This document shows, in pieces, positions 58,107 through 64,000 of a stretch of 64,000 bases of DNA. Position numbers and translations under genes: made by a program. The DNA comes from Thermodesulfobacteriota bacterium. GTDB lineage: Bacteria; Desulfobacterota; Desulfobacteria; Desulfobacterales; C00003060. Every line of letters starts with the position of its first letter. The first letter of the stretch is position 1. The notes beneath the pieces are model-generated. The model ran no database searches. It had not been told where the DNA came from and worked only from the letters and a program-made list of their open reading frames with translations. The stretch covers positions 1 through 64,000 of the forward strand of contig JAXHVD010000016.1 of NCBI GenBank assembly GCA_034189385.1. The letters run 5' to 3'.

Positions 58107-59111
58107 TTACCCAAGAACCTCAATGCTCTCCGCTGGACAGGTTATCCACACAGGGTCTCCAACGCCTAGATCCATACCACTGAAGACATCTTTGGGCACT
58201 AGAACGCTTAAGAGCATCCCGACGTCAACATGGGCCCTCACCCGGTTCTCTTCGTCAGCCAGTTGAACGAGCCTCCCCTGGAAAGTGTTGTCCTCAGAAC
58301 TCCCACTTCGCGAAAGCCTTACCGCCCTCGGATCAATACAGATTCGAACCCGGCCTAATTTTTCAGACTGCACACGCAGCCTCAGTCCGTTTTGGAGCAC
58401 GGAGTACTTCCAGGGATCCTCATCAAGTTCCATGTGAGCACTGAAGATGTTTTCATAGGTAGACCGTGCCTTTTTTCCCTCGAACAGGAACACAGTCTCT
58501 TCTGCAATCCTTGACGCTTGGATCATGTCATGAGTCGTAAAGATGACTGAAATCCCTTTTGTCCGGTTGATATCCCGGATGGTGCGCTCGATAGCCATCT
58601 GGTTTTCCACGTCCACGTTGGCAGTGGGTTCGTCCAATAGAATAACTTCCGGATAACAGGCAAGGGCCTGTGCTATGGCCACGCGCTGTGTCTCGCCTCC
58701 CGATAGCCTGTGGGCTCTTGCATCCCCCAACGCCTCCATTCCCACGAGGTTTAGGAGATCCTCAACGATTTGTTTCCTCGCCCTTTTAGGCGTCTTCCGT
58801 ATTCTTAAAGGGAGTTCCACGTTTCTTGAAACGGTAGTGGTGAACAAGATAGCGTGCTGCTGAACGAGGACCACCTTTTGCCGAAGGCCCATAAGACTGT
58901 TGCCTGTGAAATCGACTTTCCGGCCATCAAACCACATTTCTCCGGACGTGGGACTGGAAAGAAAGGCCATTATCTCCAAGAGCGTGGTCTTCCCCGCACC
59001 ATTTGGACCCTGGAGGACCAGAATCTTCCCTTTGCCAAGAGATAGTGCTTCCAGGTCCAGAACCGTTCGTCCCTCGTACCGCTTCTTTACGTTCTTCATC
59101 GCATAGAGCAT
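58107..59111 (-). CDS. tupC: Tungstate ABC transporter ATPase with TOBE-like C-terminus
   Basis: GPNGAGKT, LSGGETQR, LLDEPTAN and TTH motifs; follows tupAB. Confidence 0.85.
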   Translation of the reverse strand: MLYAMKNVKKRYEGRTVLDLEALSLGKGKILVLQGPNGAGKTTLLEIMAFLSSPTSGEMWFDGRKVDFTGNSLMGLRQKVVLVQQHAILFTTTVSRNVELPLRIRKTPKRARKQIVEDLLNLVGMEALGDARAHRLSGGETQRVAIAQALACYPEVILLDEPTANVDVENQMAIERTIRDINRTKGISVIFTTHDMIQASRIAEETVFLFEGKKARSTYENIFSAHMELDEDPWKYSVLQNGLRLRVQSEKLGRVRICIDPRAVRLSRSGSSEDNTFQGRLVQLADEENRVRAHVDVGMLLSVLVPKDVFSGMDLGVGDPVWITCPAESIEVLG

Positions 59112-59116
59112 GGAAG

Positions 59117-59812
59117 TTATACCCTCGCCTTGCCCTGAAAATAGTTAAAAAAGAGGTTTACCGCAAAGCTTACAGTGAGGAGCACGATGCCCAGTGCCAC
59201 ACTGAGTACGAACAACCCCTTGTCATACTCCAGAGCCATAGCTGTGGTCATTGTACGGGTGAATCCCTTGGCGTTGCCGCCCAGCATCATACTGATTCCA
59301 ACCTCGGCGATGACCCTTCCGAAGGCAGCAATGATGGCTGCTGCAATGCCAAACCTGGCTTCCCGAAGGATCAGCCATGCTGTCTGTAAAAGGTTGGCCC
59401 CAAGGGTAAGGGCCGTCTTACGATAACGCTCATCTATGCGGCTAATAGCTGCAATGGTGAAAGTAGTAACGATAGGAACGATGAGGATGACCTGGCCGAT
59501 GACCATGGCTTTCTGCGTGTAAAGAAGGTCATACACCCCAAAGACCCCTCTTCTAGAGATGAAGGCATAAACGAAGAGGCCCACTACGACAGTAGGCAGA
59601 GATAGCAACGTGTTGAGTATGGTAATGAGCAAACGCCTTCCACGAAATTCAGTAAAAGCGATGAGAAATCCAGTTGGAACCCCTACAATGCTGGCAATGA
59701 GCGTGGACGTGGAACTCACCTTCAAAGACACATAGACAACAACAAGGAACTCCGGGTCCATGGACCAAATGAGGGACGCCGCAGACAAGAAGCTGTCGAT
59801 GAAAAAATCCAT
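59117..59812 (-). CDS. tupB: Tungstate ABC transporter permease
   Basis: LPTVVVGL, LLYTQKAMVIGQ and FGR.IAEVG.SMMLGGN..G.TRTMTTA motifs. Confidence 0.92.
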   Translation of the reverse strand: MDFFIDSFLSAASLIWSMDPEFLVVVYVSLKVSSTSTLIASIVGVPTGFLIAFTEFRGRRLLITILNTLLSLPTVVVGLFVYAFISRRGVFGVYDLLYTQKAMVIGQVILIVPIVTTFTIAAISRIDERYRKTALTLGANLLQTAWLILREARFGIAAAIIAAFGRVIAEVGISMMLGGNAKGFTRTMTTAMALEYDKGLFVLSVALGIVLLTVSFAVNLFFNYFQGKARV

Positions 59813-59855
59813 AAAGTCTATCTACTATCTCTCCCAGGATTGCGCGGGTCGGAGA

Positions 59856-60761
59856 TTATTTCAGTGTAGAAATGACATCCGGAAAGAACGCCTGTTGACC
59901 CTCGATCTTGTACTGGGCAATGAGATGCTGGGCCTTTGGGGACACCAGCCAGTTAGCAAGCCGATCTGCCCACTGGAATTTGACGTGAGGATGCTTCTTG
60001 GGATCAACAGGGATAATGCCATAAGGATTAAACAGTCTGTTGTCTCCTTGACAGAGAATCTCGAGATCCAGGCCTCCCTTTCTGCCGAACTTGTACTTCA
60101 AATAGGTCCCCCGATCAGCCATGGTGTAGGCCTGTTTCTCCTCGGCATAGGTAAGGGCCTTGCCCATCCCCTGTCCGATGGAATGGTACCACTGGCCCAG
60201 TCCCTCGGGATGTTGGGAAGAGAAGCTGTGCTTTTTCAGGTTTTTCACAATTTGTACAGTCTCTGTCTTAAGAGGCAAGCCGGTGGCCTTCCACAGGGAC
60301 TGTTCTTTAGTGTGGGTGCCACTGTCGTCTCCTCGAGACACAAAGGCAGCTCCTTTTTCAGCAATTTTCTTCAGTGCCATGGGCGCATCATGCATCCCCT
60401 TGATCTCTGCGGGGTCTGTGAAAGGCCCGAGAATAACGAAATCGTTATGCATGACCCCTAATCGGTATGCGCCGTAACCGTCGGCCACGAATCTCTCTTC
60501 TCTATCCTTGGCGTGGACAAAGACAATGTCCACATTGCCGTCCATGCCGTCACGGATGGCTGCGCCCGTTCCTTTTGCAAAGACCTTGACGCGAATTCCG
60601 GTCTCCTCGGTGAAGTGGGGAAGTAACATGTCTAGGAGCCCAGAGTTCTCAGTGCTCGTGGTCGTGGCCATTTTAAGGACGTTCTCTGTTGCGTTGGCAA
60701 TACCAGGAATCATGAAGAGTCCCATGGTGACTGTGATAATCCATAGGATCTGTCTTTGCAT
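59856..60761 (-). CDS. tupA: Tungstate ABC transporter substrate-binding protein
   Basis: Signal peptide, ATTTSTENSGLL (TTTS signature), GTG.A, VHA, SRGDDSGTH, GQGMG and DRGTY motifs. Confidence 0.94.
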   Translation of the reverse strand: MQRQILWIITVTMGLFMIPGIANATENVLKMATTTSTENSGLLDMLLPHFTEETGIRVKVFAKGTGAAIRDGMDGNVDIVFVHAKDREERFVADGYGAYRLGVMHNDFVILGPFTDPAEIKGMHDAPMALKKIAEKGAAFVSRGDDSGTHTKEQSLWKATGLPLKTETVQIVKNLKKHSFSSQHPEGLGQWYHSIGQGMGKALTYAEEKQAYTMADRGTYLKYKFGRKGGLDLEILCQGDNRLFNPYGIIPVDPKKHPHVKFQWADRLANWLVSPKAQHLIAQYKIEGQQAFFPDVISTLK

Positions 60762-60764
60762 GTC

Positions 60765-61703
60765 TCATCTCCCCTTGTTTGGTGGTGACTGTTGTGGAAA
60801 TACCATCTTTCCGGCCAGGCTCAGATCGTAGCCCTCGATTTGCTGGGAAAGCTCCCCGAAGGCTTGCTCGTGGAGAAGACCCACAAAAAGCTGGACCCCT
60901 TCTTCGAAGAAGTGATCCTTAGAAATGAGGAGATCGTAGCGCTCCCAGCGAAGAGGGACAAAGTCTAGCCCCAAAAGATGGGCAACCGGTCGGATGGCGG
61001 GCGCAGCGTCAGCCCGTCCAGACAGCACCTCAAGACCCACGTCCATGTGGCTCCGGAACTCACGTTCGTAACCCGTTACCTGCCGGCCTTTCATGCCTGC
61101 CTTCTGAAGCCCTCGGTCAAGGAGAAGCCGAGTGCCGGTCCCGACCGGGCGATTGGCGATCTTTGTTCCTGGCTGATCCAGATCAGGAATGCCTTTGATC
61201 CCCTTGGGGTTTCCTTTGGACACCAGAAGCCCTTGTTCTCGTCTGCAGAAGTTTACCAAAGCCGGCAAGTCTCCCTTGAACTCCTGAAAGGCAAACTCGA
61301 AGTTGTAGTCTTCCTCATTTTCCTGGAGAAGATGACTTGAGGCTATGTGACAGAGGCCCCGGCTAAGGGCCTTTAGCCCCCCCTGACTTCCAAGATTCCC
61401 GAACACTGCGATATGGTCTCCGTAGAGTTGGTTGAAGAGGGATATGCTTCGGTCCAGTAAGATGTCGTTACTCCCGCTAATGATGAGCAAGCCTTCATAA
61501 GGAGGCAGGCGATGTGCACCGTGAGGGTAGTTAATGGTCTGGTTCTCCAGCCAACGTTCCACCAGGTGCTTGGGGAAGAGCCATTTTCCCGTCACCTTGG
61601 TGGCTGGAAGTCCCTTGTCAGCGATGAGGGAATAGACCATCTTCTCATTGATGTCCAAAAAATGGGAGATCTCCTTGGTGTTAAGCAGTGCCCTTTCCTT
61701 CAT
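60765..61703 (-). CDS. Excisionase-type HTH + periplasmic-binding-protein-like transcriptional regulator (TaoR-like, Mo/W-responsive)
   Basis: LLNTKE...L.INEKMVY.L.....LPATKVTGKWLFP; GSND, GS.GGL, R.QGL, NR..GTGTR and ERYDL motifs; ATG 61703 with AGGAG RBS. Confidence 0.85.
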   Translation of the reverse strand: MKERALLNTKEISHFLDINEKMVYSLIADKGLPATKVTGKWLFPKHLVERWLENQTINYPHGAHRLPPYEGLLIISGSNDILLDRSISLFNQLYGDHIAVFGNLGSQGGLKALSRGLCHIASSHLLQENEEDYNFEFAFQEFKGDLPALVNFCRREQGLLVSKGNPKGIKGIPDLDQPGTKIANRPVGTGTRLLLDRGLQKAGMKGRQVTGYEREFRSHMDVGLEVLSGRADAAPAIRPVAHLLGLDFVPLRWERYDLLISKDHFFEEGVQLFVGLLHEQAFGELSQQIEGYDLSLAGKMVFPQQSPPNKGR

Positions 61704-61925
61704 GCCCTTCTCCTTTCTTGGAAAGGATTGGACCATATCTGTAAGAATAAGTCAATTTAAACCATTCTGGGGCAGAACGATTACTGTCTCATACGGTGCC
61801 TGTGCACGAACGCTAAGAGGAGGTGGTCGCTGAGAACGGCAGGGTAGGGGGCGGCCATGGGCGAGGGATGGCACCCTACGTTTGATGACTCCTGGAAGGC
61901 AGAAAACATGGTTTGGGGTGAGAAC

Positions 61926-61967
61926 AGGCGTCCCTTTCCTGAAACACACTTCAGAAAAGGGGCGCCT
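61926..61967 (-). terminator. Long stem-loop after the diheme protein gene
   Basis: AGGCGTCCCTTTCCTGAA-6 nt-TTCAGAAAAGGGGCGCCT; U-tract weak. Confidence 0.55.
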
Positions 61968-61975
61968 AGTATTCG

Positions 61976-63700
61976 TCAGAGACTATTTAGGACCGTGTCA
62001 ATAAAGCACGAACTGCCGCCGCCGCCTGATTTTTTCTTCACCTCAGGAACAGCCAAGGCGGTGGGGTCCGTAATGGTACCATCCTCAAGGCCGTCTCCGT
62101 CGGTGAGTGGATCTCCGTCCGTAAGGGTTACGGTAACACTGTCTGGGCCGTTCTTTGTGTGGGGTATCTCTCGCCATCCATCCACGGCATCGATCTTATA
62201 GACCTCGGCCCTTGCTGGCACGTCGTCTGGGAAGACCATGGTAAGGGTCACCGATTCTCCTGGATTTAGGCCCGTAATCTTCAACTTGATGGTTCCGTAA
62301 GGAAAGCTGGATGCGGGCTTTCCCTCTTGGGGAACGGCCAGGTCCTCGTCGCCTAGGGCTTCTATATTTGTGAAGGCACCACCGGACGTGTGGAGACAGA
62401 CCTTGTCAATGCCGTTGGCGTGTCTTACAAGGGCCGTATCCGTGTCTTGGTAGTCAGGAGTGCCATCGCCGTCGAAGTCGCTATTTCCGTCAGTCCCTTC
62501 CTCGCTGTCCAAAACACCGTTTCCGTTGGAATCGGATCCGTCTATGGCGCCGTAGACGATGATCTTGGCCTGATCCACATAGCCCCATCCCGCCTCCAGT
62601 TTGTTGATATCTGTGGTTCCTTCCGGCAAGGGCTCCACGCGAACGATTGTGGCAGAACGGGAGGCTGCCCCCTTGTTGTGGTCCCAGGAAGATTCATAAG
62701 GCCAGATCACATCCTGATTTACCGCCCTACTACCCTGATCCGGGGGGCCGGGATTCTTCTGAGGAGGGACCACCCTATAGGGCCCTTCGCCATCCAGCTT
62801 GTTGTCTTCGTTTAAGATCCCGGGCTGTAGGTACACGCCGTCGCGCTTGTAGGCAACGATCATTTTAAGCCCGCCTGATACCTGAATGGGATCTCCGTCA
62901 TCTCGGCCTTTGGCTGATGGGGCGCTATAGTCACACCACCCGTCTTCAGGGTTTAAGGCAATGTCCGCCTCCTCATGGTAGTAATAGACTGCTTCTGGAT
63001 ACACACCGTTCACATGATAGAATTCGGCCTCCTCTGGGTCCTCTTCCAAAGGATGGTAGTTGGACCAGCCGTCCGGGGCAAAGACCGTGATGCTTGTTGC
63101 GGTCTCCAACATGCCCGCATCCTGTAACAAATCCTCCATGGGAACCCCTTTGTACTCCACGTAATCGTCGGTCTGGCGCGAGGCGTTCATGAGCATGAAC
63201 TGGCTGTGGCCAGGCATGGCGGCCAACTGGGCCTTTGTGTAGACGCGATAAGGGGCAGCCACTTTGCTCGGGTCGTCATCGGCATCGCCAGGAAAGCGGT
63301 CTGCCGCGATCTCTGCCCCATTGGCATAACCGTCTTCATCAGAGTCCTCACTATTGATGGCCTCTATGGCAGCAGCGTTTCTGCCCTTGTCTTTATAGTC
63401 TATGCCGTAAGGATTCATGGTCTCGGCGATATCGCCAGCACCGTCATATCCATAGCTGTAGTGGCACCACTGGCAACTTCCCAGACTCACCCATTTAGGA
63501 TCTTCATCCGTACCCTTATTGTATTGGCCCCCGCTGTGGCACAGGGCACAGTGATCCAGCTTTGTTCCTGCCTTCTCAGAATAGACATCTAAGAATTTGG
63601 CTGCGTCTCGCTCTCCTTCGTGATGATAGGCGGCGAAAAGAGGAGACACCAATAAGACAATGAGAAGCACCGTTCCCGTGAACACGATTGTACACTTCAT
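61976..63700 (-). CDS. Secreted diheme c-type protein with GEGP motif, Ca-binding repeats, choice-of-anchor-U-like domain and GGGG-CFI C-terminal signal
   Basis: Signal peptide; CALCH and CQWCH; DGEGPYRVVPPQ; DxDxDG repeats; FPYG...TLTDG...DG.I.DP; tail KKKSGGGGSSCFIDTV. Confidence 0.85.
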   Translation of the reverse strand: MKCTIVFTGTVLLIVLLVSPLFAAYHHEGERDAAKFLDVYSEKAGTKLDHCALCHSGGQYNKGTDEDPKWVSLGSCQWCHYSYGYDGAGDIAETMNPYGIDYKDKGRNAAAIEAINSEDSDEDGYANGAEIAADRFPGDADDDPSKVAAPYRVYTKAQLAAMPGHSQFMLMNASRQTDDYVEYKGVPMEDLLQDAGMLETATSITVFAPDGWSNYHPLEEDPEEAEFYHVNGVYPEAVYYYHEEADIALNPEDGWCDYSAPSAKGRDDGDPIQVSGGLKMIVAYKRDGVYLQPGILNEDNKLDGEGPYRVVPPQKNPGPPDQGSRAVNQDVIWPYESSWDHNKGAASRSATIVRVEPLPEGTTDINKLEAGWGYVDQAKIIVYGAIDGSDSNGNGVLDSEEGTDGNSDFDGDGTPDYQDTDTALVRHANGIDKVCLHTSGGAFTNIEALGDEDLAVPQEGKPASSFPYGTIKLKITGLNPGESVTLTMVFPDDVPARAEVYKIDAVDGWREIPHTKNGPDSVTVTLTDGDPLTDGDGLEDGTITDPTALAVPEVKKKSGGGGSSCFIDTVLNSL

Positions 63701-63854
63701 TTTCTTTCTCCTCTATGCATGGCGAGAAGTCAATTCCTCTTCTCGGAAAGAGAAAAACACCTGTCTGGCACCCAAAGAGAACAGGCAATCCTTACCCCAC
63801 AGTGCCTGCCCCTTGCGAAAAATGATCGATCCTTTGCTGCTGGGGACGCACCCG

Positions 63855-64000
63855 TCAAAAACGGAACTGAAACCGCCCCGTGAACACATCCTCACGGTCA
63901 CTGTATACGGCCTCCCCGGTAATGGGGTCCCGGTCAATGAGCAAGGGCTGGTCAAAATCTGTCCTAGTGGCATCAAGGACCAAACGAACCGTTTCATCCA
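63855..64000 (-). CDS. 3' end of an outer-membrane porin (OprO/OprP-like), truncated by the window edge
   Basis: Not in the ORF track. Open frame DETVRLVLDATRTDFDQPLLIDRDPITGEAVYSDREDVFTGRFQFRF* ends in an amphipathic strand with terminal Phe (beta-barrel signal). Confidence 0.65.
   Translation of the reverse strand, partial: DETVRLVLDATRTDFDQPLLIDRDPITGEAVYSDREDVFTGRFQFRF

Noticed and set aside
61704..61925. Moco/Wco riboswitch upstream of the regulator-tup operon
   Set aside because: I could not identify the conserved motif elements by eye; an Infernal search with the Moco RNA model would settle it.
63713..63997. 94-aa ORF in the track
   Set aside because: It overlaps a better frame encoding a beta-barrel C-terminus that ends at 63855.
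1..64000. tRNA, rRNA, prophage or anti-phage defence genes
   Set aside because: None recognised in the window.

Overview
Bacterial chromosomal window, most likely a Desulfobacterota-type deltaproteobacterium (inferred from gene content). Positions ~0.9-50.6 kb are one large, almost entirely minus-strand exopolysaccharide / PEP-CTERM-exosortase locus. It encodes a TPR lipoprotein, a stand-alone receiver, two atypical sigma-54 activators, a PEP-CTERM protein and an Arg-rich micro-protein. The export and assembly genes are an OPX protein, a beta-barrel, a split Wzc, an ExeA-like ATPase, a priming glycosyltransferase, exosortase plus EpsI, Wzm/Wzt and a Wzy/ligase. The tailoring genes are RfbF with three C-methyltransferases, an sxtJ/K/I/L-like carbamoylation module, glycosyltransferases and deacetylases, and the locus also carries a 1933-aa repetitive lectin/FN3-like secreted protein. 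The distal part holds IS debris (IS4, IS5/IS1182-like, IS200 and a palindromic mini-element). Beyond the locus are yggS, maf, a REC-HD-GYP gene, a hemD-hemE fusion/hemH/hemY operon, and a tungstate module (tupABC, HTH-PBP regulator, diheme 'GEGP' surface protein, 3' end of a porin gene). The best candidates for new biology are: (1) a kinase-less regulatory circuit of two non-phosphorylatable sigma-54 activators with a shared, phased 17-bp operator found at three promoters, plus a [DE]RR-repeat micro-protein; and (2) the porin / diheme protein / regulator / TupABC module. All family assignments are from motif recognition by eye; no database search was run.
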